A stretch of DNA of 64,000 bases from Acidimicrobiia bacterium (GCA_022820805.1 JAJEEV010000013.1:16967-80966), one strand, 5' to 3'; positions 36,159-44,745 are shown, counted from the stretch's first letter. The notes: generated by a model from the letters alone, not told the origin. Numbers and translations: made by a program.

Positions 36159-37253
36159 TCAGTCTCGGGGTTTGGAGGCCACGTAGGCGAATTGGAAGCC
36201 GATGGGCTCGATCAGGCGCAGCGCCTCGAAGCCGGCGTCGCGCAGCCAACCGGTGGCCTCGGCGGTGGTGACGCCGAAGCCGTTTACGGTGCTGGCCATC
36301 ATGGTCATGCCCATGAGCACGGCGTGGGGGTTGGTCTTGTGGTTCGGGCCGACGAAGTAGTCGGCCATCACCACCCGACCCTCGGGGCGCAGGGCCCCGT
36401 AGGCCCTCTCGACCAGGTGGCGGGCGCCGTCGGGGCCCTCGGTGCGGCAGATGTGGCCGAGCACCACGATGTCGTAGGCCCCTTCTTCGAGCGGGATGGT
36501 GTGGAAGTCTCCGGGCCGGAACTCGCAGCGGTCGTCCACGCCGTGCTCGGCCGTCTTGCGCCGGGCGACGTCGATCACGCCGTCGAGGTCGTTGACGGTG
36601 GCCCGGCCGCCGGCGCAGGCCTCCAACATCGCGATCGACCAGGGCGCCCCGCCCGCGCCGAGGTCGAGGATCCGGGGCGCGTCCAGGGCGCTGTAGCGCA
36701 TCTTGAAGTCGGCGCGGCCGGCGCATCGCCACATGGTGGTGAACGTCCCCTCCACCAGGGGCACGTAGAACGCGGCCGGGTCGTCGTCGATGGGGGTGGC
36801 GGGCCGGCCCGAGCGCACGGTGGCGGCCAGGCGGGTCCAGTTCTCGTGCGGGCCGGGCGCCACCGGTATCAGCCCGGCCATCGAGGCCGCACCGTCGACG
36901 AGCAGGTAGCGGCGGGCGGCGTCGTTGAGCCTGAAGTCGTCCACCACCCGGTCGAGCAGGCCGAGGGCCACCACCGAGTCCAGCAGCGACTCGGTGTGCA
37001 GTTCAGGCAGGCCCAGCCGCCGGGCCAGCTCGCCGGCCGTCATCCCCGAGTCGGCCGGGGCCTCGTTCAGGCTCTCGAACACCCCGAGCTCCAGGGCGGC
37101 CAGCAGCACGTGGTAGCGGCCCAGCCCCTCGATCACCGCCCACACCGGAGCGGCCGCGGGCGGCTTGTAGTCCGTGAACGGCCGCCCCACGTGGGCCATC
37201 GTGTGGGTCTTCTTCAACTCCGGATAAGGAGCATCCCGAGAACTATCAGCCAT
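36159..37253 (-). CDS. O-methyltransferase-type SAM-dependent methyltransferase with N-terminal dimerisation/wHTH domain
   Basis: ILDLGAGGAPWS motif I; N-terminal GLGRYHVLLAALELGVFESL. Start could be 37253 or 37199. Confidence 0.8.
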   Translation of the reverse strand: MADSSRDAPYPELKKTHTMAHVGRPFTDYKPPAAAPVWAVIEGLGRYHVLLAALELGVFESLNEAPADSGMTAGELARRLGLPELHTESLLDSVVALGLLDRVVDDFRLNDAARRYLLVDGAASMAGLIPVAPGPHENWTRLAATVRSGRPATPIDDDPAAFYVPLVEGTFTTMWRCAGRADFKMRYSALDAPRILDLGAGGAPWSIAMLEACAGGRATVNDLDGVIDVARRKTAEHGVDDRCEFRPGDFHTIPLEEGAYDIVVLGHICRTEGPDGARHLVERAYGALRPEGRVVMADYFVGPNHKTNPHAVLMGMTMMASTVNGFGVTTAEATGWLRDAGFEALRLIEPIGFQFAYVASKPRD

Positions 37254-37337
37254 GGTCTCTGATGTTTGTAGTTTGCCATTTAACATTCACAATCAGTATG
37301 CTATTTCTCAAATAACAGATACAAGAGGCATGGCGTG

Positions 37338-38912
37338 ATGGTCGAATGGCAGCCACAACCCAGTGATTACCACAGGGTCTACACGGAACAGAATCCCTGG
37401 CAGCCGTCCGGCACCGTTCCGACAGTCCTGGCACCCGCCACCGAGCGGTTCCTGGCACGCGTCCTGTGGAAGCGCCTCATCAACAATGAGCCCCGACGGC
37501 ACCAAGTGATCCTGGGGCCCCGCAGAGTCGGCAAGACGACCGTGCTGTACCAGACCGTGCGACACCTGATCAACAACGGCATCGCCCCCAGCCGTATCTG
37601 GTGGCTCCGTCTCGACCACCCCCTGCTACTCGAAGCTGCCCTCGGAGACCTCGTGAGAGAGGTGCTGCGCGGCTCACAGGCCGATGAGCAGGACCCTCTG
37701 TTCCTGATGCTCGACGAGATCGTCTACGCCGAGGATTGGGATCTGTGGCTCAAGACGTTCTATGACGAGGGTTGGCCGGTGCGGATCGCGGCCACCTCCA
37801 GCAGCACGACGGCACTTAGAAGGCAACGTCGCGAGAGCGGCGTGGGCCGCTGGGAGGAGCATCACCTGCTGCCATGCCGTCTCGATGAGTACTTCCACTT
37901 GGTCGGTAGTCCACCAGAGGTGACGGCGCATCACACACTCGCCTCCACCCTCGCCGCCCTTGCGGCACGGAACCATGCCGACCCCAGTCTGGAAGGGCTG
38001 CGCACGGTCCTCATGTTCGAAGGGGGCTTTCCAGAGCTGCTCTTCAGACCCATCGTGGCATCATCGAAGGACGGCACAGAGAACCTCGAGCATCACGTCC
38101 TCGAGTCGCAGAGGGTGCTCCGTAGCGATGCGGTGGAGCGGGCCGTCTACAAAGACATCCCCCAAGCAGCGGGCGTCGACAACCCCATGATGCTGGAGCG
38201 GCTGTTGTACGTGCTCGCCGGCCAGGTGACCGGCCTCCTTTCGCCAACCAACATCGGCCAGCAACTGGGCATCAAGCAGCCCACGTTCGACCGGTACCTG
38301 ACATACCTGGAGCAGGCCTACCTCGTGTTCACGCTGACCAACTACTCGGGCTCCGAGTCAGCGGTCCAGCGGCGGGGCCGCAAGCTGTATTTTGTGGACA
38401 GCGCGGTGCGCAACGCGGCGCTGCACCGCGGCCTCGCCCCCCTCAATGATCCTGTTGAGCAGGGCACCTTGCTGGAGAATCTTGTAGCCGCGACAGTCCA
38501 CACCCTCGCCGCCCACGCCGGCGTACGCCTCCACCACTGGCGAGACGGCAACGATGAGGTCGACCTCATCTACGACGAGCCCCAGCAGCCGCTCGCCTTC
38601 GAGATTGCATCGTCGCCGAACCACAGCCTTACCGGCCTTGAGGCTCTTGTCGAACGCAACTACCGCTTCCATGGCCATAGCTATCTCGTGGCTCCTCAGG
38701 CCGCGGTAATCCACCCCGCAGACGACCGCAGAGGCATCGGCATGCTGCCCCTCGACACCTTCCTGCTCGCAGTAGGTGCCCAAGCCCACCAGGCCATGCT
38801 CACCCGCCTCGGCGTGTCCGCCAGCGTTGTCGGCACGACACCAGAGGCCGAACGGGCCGAACCTGAGATGCCCGAGCATGGATTGCTCGGCCGTTCTGCG
38901 GATCTTGCGTAG
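37338..38912 (+). CDS. AAA (AAA_14) ATPase with DUF4143 C-terminal domain
   Basis: Walker A GPRRVGKTT and Walker B LFLMLDEI. C-terminal EVDLIYD...FEIASS block. ATG at 37338 lies 9 nt after AAGAGG (the ORF-track GTG is at 37335). Confidence 0.8.
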   Translation: MVEWQPQPSDYHRVYTEQNPWQPSGTVPTVLAPATERFLARVLWKRLINNEPRRHQVILGPRRVGKTTVLYQTVRHLINNGIAPSRIWWLRLDHPLLLEAALGDLVREVLRGSQADEQDPLFLMLDEIVYAEDWDLWLKTFYDEGWPVRIAATSSSTTALRRQRRESGVGRWEEHHLLPCRLDEYFHLVGSPPEVTAHHTLASTLAALAARNHADPSLEGLRTVLMFEGGFPELLFRPIVASSKDGTENLEHHVLESQRVLRSDAVERAVYKDIPQAAGVDNPMMLERLLYVLAGQVTGLLSPTNIGQQLGIKQPTFDRYLTYLEQAYLVFTLTNYSGSESAVQRRGRKLYFVDSAVRNAALHRGLAPLNDPVEQGTLLENLVAATVHTLAAHAGVRLHHWRDGNDEVDLIYDEPQQPLAFEIASSPNHSLTGLEALVERNYRFHGHSYLVAPQAAVIHPADDRRGIGMLPLDTFLLAVGAQAHQAMLTRLGVSASVVGTTPEAERAEPEMPEHGLLGRSADLA

Positions 38913-38969
38913 CGGTGAGTCGACGGGGGGCGCGAGCTGGACGAACAACGCGAACTGGTTGAGCGACTG

Positions 38970-38987
38970 CCGCTGGATCACCAGCGG
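38970..38987. terminator. GC-rich stem-loop between convergent ATPase and fic genes
   Basis: CCGCTGG-ATCA-CCAGCGG, nested inside a longer-range inverted repeat CGGTGAGT (38913) / ACTCACCG (38991). Confidence 0.4.
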
Positions 38988-39010
38988 TGTACTCACCGGC
39001 GCGTCGCCGC

Positions 39011-40204
39011 TCAGATTCCGGTGGGTTGGATGCCTGGCAGTCGTTGCTGCGCGACCGTCACGTAGGGATCGTCCCGCGACCGTGGAGGGCGGCCGGAGCG
39101 CACCGCGCTCCAGAGTTCTCGCAGTTCTCGAGAACCGTGGTATATGCGGCCCCGTCCCGCACCGGTCGCGTCAAGCACACCGGCATCGACGAGGGCTTTG
39201 AGATCTCGGCTGGCGGTGAGATCAGAGATCGGATCGCCGTCGGTGACCTCGACGAGCCGGATGTAGATCGAACGGCGAATCCTCCGGCCCCGGGCGGCGT
39301 CGGCGAGCGCACCAATGGCCCGCGCGGGCAGCTTCCGCCGGTCGACGAGTTGGGAGATTCCGTCATACAGCGACTCGGTTTCGTGGACGCGCCGCTGCAG
39401 TGTCCACGCTTGGCGATAGTGGGCGCGCAGCATGAAGCGAATCCAAGGCCGCGCTGAGTTCCGCGGCTGCCAACTGCCCTGGCCCACTTCGCTGAGCACT
39501 GCGTAGTAGTCACCGGTGTTGCGCCCCAGGTACTCCTCGACAGACGAGAACACCGGCGAGACTATGCCCTCGGCGGATAGCACCATGGTCTGCAGTGCTC
39601 GGGCCATGCGCCCATTGCCGTCGCGAAACGGGTGAATCATCGTCAAGTTGAGGTGGGCCATTGCGGCGCGGAACATGACCGGTGCAGAGTCACCTTCCTC
39701 CAGTGATTCGACGAGCGCGCCCATCAGCTCGTCAACGAGTTCTGCGCCGGGCGCCTCGTAGACGCGCGTTCCGGTCTCGTCCTCGACCCAGACATCGCCG
39801 GTGCGGTAGTGGCCGGGCCGGACTCGCAGTTCATGCTTGGTCATCATGAAATGGAGCGACTTGAGCAGCGACTCGTCCACCTTGACGCCGTCTTGAGCGA
39901 ACGAGAGCACGTAGGTCATGGCGTCGCGGTAGCCGGTGAGCGCCAAGCGCGTCTGTTCGGCGGTGTCGAGCGGTTCCTCGTCCTCGATGGTGTCAAGCAC
40001 GTCATCGAGCGAGGCTCGGTACCCCTCAATCCAATTGGAGCCGCGCACAGCACGCGCGAAACTCATGCGCCGCAAGTGACCGGCCCACCGGCGCGGCCGA
40101 TCCACTACGTAGAGCGAGAGCTCGCGGCGGAGCCGCTCGATCTCCCCGATGACCATCAAATCGGTATCGTCCGGCTCGGGCGTGACGAAGATGGCGGCGC
40201 ACAT
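39011..40204 (-). CDS. Fic family protein (class II, N-terminal inhibitory helix) with C-terminal wHTH
   Basis: Canonical HPFRDGNGRMARAL. SNWIEG matches the [ST]xxxE[GN] inhibitory motif. C-terminal DLKALVDAGVLDATGAGRGRIY. Confidence 0.9.
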   Translation of the reverse strand: MCAAIFVTPEPDDTDLMVIGEIERLRRELSLYVVDRPRRWAGHLRRMSFARAVRGSNWIEGYRASLDDVLDTIEDEEPLDTAEQTRLALTGYRDAMTYVLSFAQDGVKVDESLLKSLHFMMTKHELRVRPGHYRTGDVWVEDETGTRVYEAPGAELVDELMGALVESLEEGDSAPVMFRAAMAHLNLTMIHPFRDGNGRMARALQTMVLSAEGIVSPVFSSVEEYLGRNTGDYYAVLSEVGQGSWQPRNSARPWIRFMLRAHYRQAWTLQRRVHETESLYDGISQLVDRRKLPARAIGALADAARGRRIRRSIYIRLVEVTDGDPISDLTASRDLKALVDAGVLDATGAGRGRIYHGSRELRELWSAVRSGRPPRSRDDPYVTVAQQRLPGIQPTGI

Positions 40205-40343
40205 AGCGTTTAACTTATCAAACTATGATGCTATGTAGATATCAATCCATCACTGCTGTTAGTGATCAGCGGAAGTCTGGGTACACGAACCGGGCGCGAC
40301 TGCTCAGAGCAGCTGCGCTGGGTCCGGGGTACCGCCTGCTCTC

Positions 40344-40718
40344 CTACCAGGGTCTCAGGATTTCGACGCGGTCGCTGGTGACCTCGTCGGAGGCAGTGAA
40401 CAGGGGGAGTTCCAGTTGCTCGGCGAGGACTAGTGCCGACCAGGAGTCGAGCGCATCAACGGCATCCAGGCCGGCACGGACGAGCGTCTCCGCCACCATG
40501 GCCCGAACCGGGAACCACTCGTCCACAACCGCCAGCACCAACCCCGTCTCCACCTGGATTATCTCGGCCCTGCCCTCGTGGCGGGCGGCCAGGAAACGCC
40601 CGACTGTGACCGAGGACCAGTCGAGAGCCAGCAACTCTGCGTCCGGTAGGACCTCGCCCTCCAAGGCCCCCGCCGCGGCCAGGACTCCGCCCGCGTCGCA
40701 GACGACGCTATGGGGCAT
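40344..40718 (-). CDS. PIN-domain (VapC-like) toxin, divergent
   Basis: 124 aa with acidic residues in PIN-like positions (VVCDAG, DALDSWSALVLAEQL, FTASDE). Overlaps the upstream RHH gene by 11 nt. Confidence 0.6.
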   Translation of the reverse strand: MPHSVVCDAGGVLAAAGALEGEVLPDAELLALDWSSVTVGRFLAARHEGRAEIIQVETGLVLAVVDEWFPVRAMVAETLVRAGLDAVDALDSWSALVLAEQLELPLFTASDEVTSDRVEILRPW

Positions 40719-40920
40719 CGGTGCCTCGCAGCCGCTGGCGGATGGCGTCGAACTCTGCCCGGCTCATGGGCTGTCGACCCTGGGCGAACTCTGCAGGCGA
40801 ACGCCGCGACGCGATGCGCGTCAGCTCCTGACGCAAGTACTGCTGCACAGAAAGCCCCGCCGCAGCCGCCTGCTCCTTGAGCCGCCTCGCGACATCGTCA
40901 TCAAGGTCCTTAATGTTCAT
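40708..40920 (-). CDS. ribbon-helix-helix (FitA/VapB-like) antitoxin
   Basis: Internal ATG at 40920. MNIKDLDDDVARRLKEQAAAAGLSVQQYLRQEL, similar to the antitoxin at 56964..57206. Confidence 0.65.
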   Translation of the reverse strand: MNIKDLDDDVARRLKEQAAAAGLSVQQYLRQELTRIASRRSPAEFAQGRQPMSRAEFDAIRQRLRGTDAP

Positions 40921-41092
40921 GTCCACCCCACTGTTATACCAAACTGGTAGAAGCTCCCAGCTGTTCGCGCCGCTCATGATATCTAATGTTGTTATGATTA
41001 GAGATATTTCATGCAGCTACCTGCTGGACCAGCGAACCGTGAATGCGAGGAACTGATGGAGGGCACGTCGACGCCGTGAGAGAATCCGGGGC

Positions 41093-42328
41093 ATGACTGA
41101 AGTGCAGACGAATCCGGAGCGGTTGTGGTCGCGGTTGATGGACATGGCCGAGGTTGGGGCCACCCCCGCGGGGGGCTCGAACCGGCAGGCGCTGTCCGAT
41201 GAAGACAAGGCGGGACGGGACCTGTTCGTCGGCTGGGTCGAGCAGGCGGGCTGCTCGATCGAGCTCGACGGCGTGGGCAACATGTTCGCCCGCCGTCCCG
41301 GCACCGACCCCGGCGCCCCGCCGGTCGTGCTGGGCAGCCACCTCGACACCCAGCCCACCGGCGGGCGCTTCGACGGCGTGTACGGGGTGCTCGGCGGCCT
41401 CGAAGTGGTCGAGTCGCTCAACGACCACGGGGTGCAGACCCGCGCCCCGGTGGAGGTGGCGGTCTGGACCAACGAGGAGGGCTCCCGCTTCCCGGTGTCG
41501 ATGATGGGCTCCGCGGTATGGGCCGGGGTCCTCCCGCTGGACGAGGTTCGGGCGGTCACCGACCGCTCCGGCACCACCGTGGGCGACGAACTCGACCGTC
41601 TGGGCCTGGCCGGAACCGTCCCCTTCGGCAAGCCGCTGGGCGCCTACCTGGAACTGCACATCGAGCAGGGGCCGATCCTCGAGGCCAGTGGCTCGTCGAT
41701 CGGGGTCGTCACCGGGGTGCAGGGGATCCGCTGGTTCAGGGTGACCATCGAGGGCTTCCCCGCCCACGCCGGCACCACACCCATGGACCGCCGCCACGAC
41801 CCGGCCCGGTCGCTGGCCGACGCCCTGGACGGCATCTACGACATGGCAGCCGCCCACGCCCCGCAGATACGGCTAACCCCGGCGATGTTCGCCTCCGAGC
41901 CGGTGTCCTCCAACACGGTCCCGGCCCACATCACCTTCACGATCGACATGCGCCACCCCGACGCCGGCGTGCTGGAGCGCCTGGACCGGTCCCTGCGCAG
42001 CCTGGTGGCTGAGGCCGCCGAGGCCCACGGCTGCGGGCACCGGGTGGAGGTCATAAACGACTGCGCCCCGGTGGTGTTCGATCCGAGGTGCGTCGACGCG
42101 GTGGAGTCAGCCGCGCAGCGCTGCGGCCTCCGCTACGAGCGCATCGGCTCCGGCGCCGGCCACGACGCCTGCCATGTGGCTCTCAAAGCCCCCGCCGGGA
42201 TGATCTTCGTTCCCTGTGAGGATGGGCTGTCGCACAACGAGGCCGAGTCGATCGAGCCGGACGTCGCCGGCCGGGGCGCCGAGGTCCTGCTGCACGCCGC
42301 CCTGGATCTGGCCGGCACCGCGTCCTGA
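41093..42328 (+). CDS. M20 family amidase (N-carbamoyl-amino-acid / allantoate amidohydrolase type)
   Basis: GSHLDTQPTGGRFDGVYGVLGGLEV...WTNEEGSRF...ELHIEQGP. Confidence 0.9.
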   Translation: MTEVQTNPERLWSRLMDMAEVGATPAGGSNRQALSDEDKAGRDLFVGWVEQAGCSIELDGVGNMFARRPGTDPGAPPVVLGSHLDTQPTGGRFDGVYGVLGGLEVVESLNDHGVQTRAPVEVAVWTNEEGSRFPVSMMGSAVWAGVLPLDEVRAVTDRSGTTVGDELDRLGLAGTVPFGKPLGAYLELHIEQGPILEASGSSIGVVTGVQGIRWFRVTIEGFPAHAGTTPMDRRHDPARSLADALDGIYDMAAAHAPQIRLTPAMFASEPVSSNTVPAHITFTIDMRHPDAGVLERLDRSLRSLVAEAAEAHGCGHRVEVINDCAPVVFDPRCVDAVESAAQRCGLRYERIGSGAGHDACHVALKAPAGMIFVPCEDGLSHNEAESIEPDVAGRGAEVLLHAALDLAGTAS

Positions 42329-42344
42329 CCTGCCGGAAGCGGAC

Positions 42345-42490
42345 CACCAGGATCTCGGGTGAGTTCTGTGGCCATACGACACCCCAGGCTCCCGAGAACC
42401 AGCAGGGGCCCAGAACGTGTGCGGGCACCACGATCTCGGGTGAGTTCTCCGGCCATACGACACCCCAGGCTCCCGAGAACCAGCAGGGGG
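42345..42490. repeat. tandem 64-nt structured repeat x2 (family B), 81-nt period
   Basis: CACCA(G/C)GATCTCGGGTGAGTTCT..GGCCATACGACACCCCAGGCTCCCGAGAACCAGCAGGGG at 42345-42408 and 42426-42490. Internal stem TCTCGGG/CCCGAGA. A degenerate third copy lies at about 14567-14615. Confidence 0.65.
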
Positions 42491-42497
42491 CTGAGGG

Positions 42498-43544
42498 TTA
42501 GGGGCGGAGCAGGATCTTCCCGAAGAAGTCGCTCTCCATCATCTTCTGCTGAGCGGCGGCTGCATCCGCCAGCGGGAACTCGGAGTCGACGACGGCCGCG
42601 AACCGGCCCGAGCCGACCTCCTCGCAGAACGTGTCCCACAGCGGACCCATCTCGTCGGGCCGGTACGGGTCGGAGCCCAGGATCCGGAGCCCGTTGTGGA
42701 ACAGGTGGCCCAGCGACCCGATGGTGGCGGTGTCGCCCGAGGCGTTGCCGCAGTTGACCAGCCGACCCCCGATGGCCAGCGAGAACATCGACTGGGTGAA
42801 CAGGGCGGTGCCCACATGGTCGAACACCATGTCCACGCCCCGGCCCCCGGTCACGCCCATGGCCCAGCCGGTGACGTCGCCGGTGCGGTTGTTGAGCACG
42901 TGGTCGGCGCCCAGCTCCACGGCCCGCTCGCACTTGGCGTCGGTGCCGGCGGTGGCCAGCACGGTGGCGCCGGCGTGCTTGGCCAGCTGGATCCCGGCCA
43001 CCGACACACCCGATCCGGCAGCATGGATCAGCACCGTCTCACCCTCAGAGAGTTCGCCGGTGGCGAACAGGGCATGGCCCGCGGTGAGCCAGACCGTGGG
43101 GAAGGTGGCCGCCTGCTCCAGCGAGATGCTGTCGGGCACCCGGTAGCAGTGCGAGGCGGGCACCAGGCACTTCTCGGCGTAACCCCCGTCGAGGGTGGCG
43201 CCCAGGATGCCGAGCTCTCCGTAGAGGTCGCCCAGGCCCGCATGCTTGGAGTTCTCGGGCACCCCGGCCATGGACGGGTCGGCCACCACCCGGTCGCCGG
43301 GCCGCCACCCGGTGACCGCGGAACCGACCTCGGACACCACGCCGGCGATGTCCATGCCGGCGATGTGGGGGAAGGTGAATCCCGGCATGTGGTACCAGCC
43401 GTTGCGCTGGAGCACGTCCAGCCGGTTCAGCGCGGTGGCCGCCACCTCCACCACAACGTCCCCCGGCCCCGGGACCGGGTCGTCGACATCGATGTACTCC
43501 AGCACCTCGGGTCCTCCCGAGGCGCGATACAGCATCGCCTTCAT
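42498..43544 (-). CDS. MDR-family quinone oxidoreductase / zinc-type alcohol dehydrogenase-like
   Basis: MKAMLYRASGGPEVLEY...NRLDVLQRNG...AAGSGVSVAGIQLAK. Confidence 0.9.
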   Translation of the reverse strand: MKAMLYRASGGPEVLEYIDVDDPVPGPGDVVVEVAATALNRLDVLQRNGWYHMPGFTFPHIAGMDIAGVVSEVGSAVTGWRPGDRVVADPSMAGVPENSKHAGLGDLYGELGILGATLDGGYAEKCLVPASHCYRVPDSISLEQAATFPTVWLTAGHALFATGELSEGETVLIHAAGSGVSVAGIQLAKHAGATVLATAGTDAKCERAVELGADHVLNNRTGDVTGWAMGVTGGRGVDMVFDHVGTALFTQSMFSLAIGGRLVNCGNASGDTATIGSLGHLFHNGLRILGSDPYRPDEMGPLWDTFCEEVGSGRFAAVVDSEFPLADAAAAQQKMMESDFFGKILLRP

Positions 43545-43604
43545 CGGTCAGTCAGCCCCTCTCTGGCTCACGGGCGGCCCCATGAGCCGCCCTCCGGCAG
43601 TGTC

Positions 43605-43973
43605 TCAGCCGTGGCCCTCGTCGGGGGTGGCGCCCCACTCGATGATCTGCAGCATGTTGCCGTCGGGGTCGGCGACGGTGCCGATGAGCCCGAAGGGCAT
43701 CTGCTCGACCTCGCGCACCCAGGTGACCCCCTGGCCCTTGAGGTGGGCCTCCAGGCCCCGGCAGTCGCCCACGTCGAGGTTGAGAATGATCCGGTGGCCG
43801 TTCTCGTTGGCCCCCGACACCTCGCTGTGCTCCTCGACGAAGAGCTGGATTCCGCCGAACACGAACGCGCCCATCTCGTTCTCATCGGGACTGAAGCAGG
43901 CCCTGTACCAGTCCTTCATGGCATCGACCTGCGACGATCCCACGAGAATGCTGCCCAGATTCGGTGCTGACAT
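43605..43973 (-). CDS. VOC family protein
   Basis: 122 aa. PFGLIGTVADPDGNMLQIIE. Confidence 0.75.
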   Translation of the reverse strand: MSAPNLGSILVGSSQVDAMKDWYRACFSPDENEMGAFVFGGIQLFVEEHSEVSGANENGHRIILNLDVGDCRGLEAHLKGQGVTWVREVEQMPFGLIGTVADPDGNMLQIIEWGATPDEGHG

Positions 43974-44091
43974 AGATTCTCCCCCTGAGTCGGTGAGCTG
44001 GTAGGCGGAAGGTACGTCCTCAGCACCGCCACGGCCAACGCGGACCGGCCGGCCGCTACGCCACTAATGTCTGAGCCACAGGGGGCGCGCC

Positions 44092-44589
44092 ATGACCGAC
44101 ACCGTCTCATCTCCGGCCGCAGCCGGGTCGCCCGAACCCGAGCCGCCGCCGTCGCTGCTCACCCACATCGCGCTGCCGGTTCGCAGCCTCGACGACACCC
44201 TGGCGTTCTACGAGAAGTTCACCACCCTGGTGAAGATCTCCGAGCGCCACGACTCCGAGACCAGCATGCGCACCGCATGGCTCGCCAACGAGCGCGACAT
44301 CACCACGCCGGGGGCGGCCCGTTTCGTGATCGTGCTCATGGAGGGCGCGCTGCCCAAGCAGATCACCGGCGACATCGTCGAGGAGTACGGCTTCCTCACC
44401 TCGATCGCCCATCTGGGCATCTCGCTCGACAGCCGCGCCGAGGTGGACGAGGTGGCCCGGCTGGCCGACGAGGACGGCTGCCTGGTGCTGGGGCCGATGT
44501 ACCGCAACCCCGACGTGGGCTACATCTGCCTCATCAAGGACCCCGACGGCAACAACGTCGAGTTCTCGGTGGAGCAGGTCCTGGGCTGA
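44092..44589 (+). CDS. VOC family protein
   Basis: LTHIALPVRSLDDTLAFY...IKDPDGNNVEFS. Paralog of 23451..23930. Confidence 0.8.
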   Translation: MTDTVSSPAAAGSPEPEPPPSLLTHIALPVRSLDDTLAFYEKFTTLVKISERHDSETSMRTAWLANERDITTPGAARFVIVLMEGALPKQITGDIVEEYGFLTSIAHLGISLDSRAEVDEVARLADEDGCLVLGPMYRNPDVGYICLIKDPDGNNVEFSVEQVLG

Positions 44590-44590
44590 C

Positions 44591-44745
44591 CCGCTCGGGG
44601 TCGGCCTCAGGGGCCACGCGGATAGGCGAGAGCCGGTCGCGTCGCAGTGGTGTCATTCCCGCTCTTGTGCGCTGCGCTCACGGGCCGCTCGGGCCACGGC
44701 CTCGCGCCGTATGCGCCGGATTCGCGTGTCTATCCGCTCGGCCTC
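44591..44745. repeat. MITE-like intergenic repeat, family C copy 1
   Basis: Core at 44656-44745 is TTCCCGCTCTTGTGCGCTGCGCTCACGGGCCGCTCGGGCCACGGCCTCGCGCCGTATG...CTATCCGCTCGGCCTC. Inverted ends GCGGATAG (44618) / CTATCCGC (44730). Confidence 0.55.

Larger units (their letters stand above)
37254..41092. other. lower-GC accessory island (no integrase seen)
   Basis: AT-rich borders at 37254-37334 and 40921-41012. The four enclosed genes have visibly weaker GC3 bias than their neighbours and all belong to conflict-type families. Confidence 0.5.

Noticed and set aside
33311-36271. 986-aa ORF crossing the YeiH-like and amidohydrolase genes
   Set aside because: It is an off-frame or antisense artefact. 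Both underlying genes have strong family matches in other frames.
37262-41000. Direct repeats flanking the low-GC island as att-like sites (TCTGATGTTTGTAGT at about 37262 versus TCTAATGTTGTTAT at about 40983)
   Set aside because: The match is only about 12 of 17 positions, in AT-rich sequence. There is no integrase or tRNA, so it is too weak to claim without a computed alignment and an empty-site comparison.
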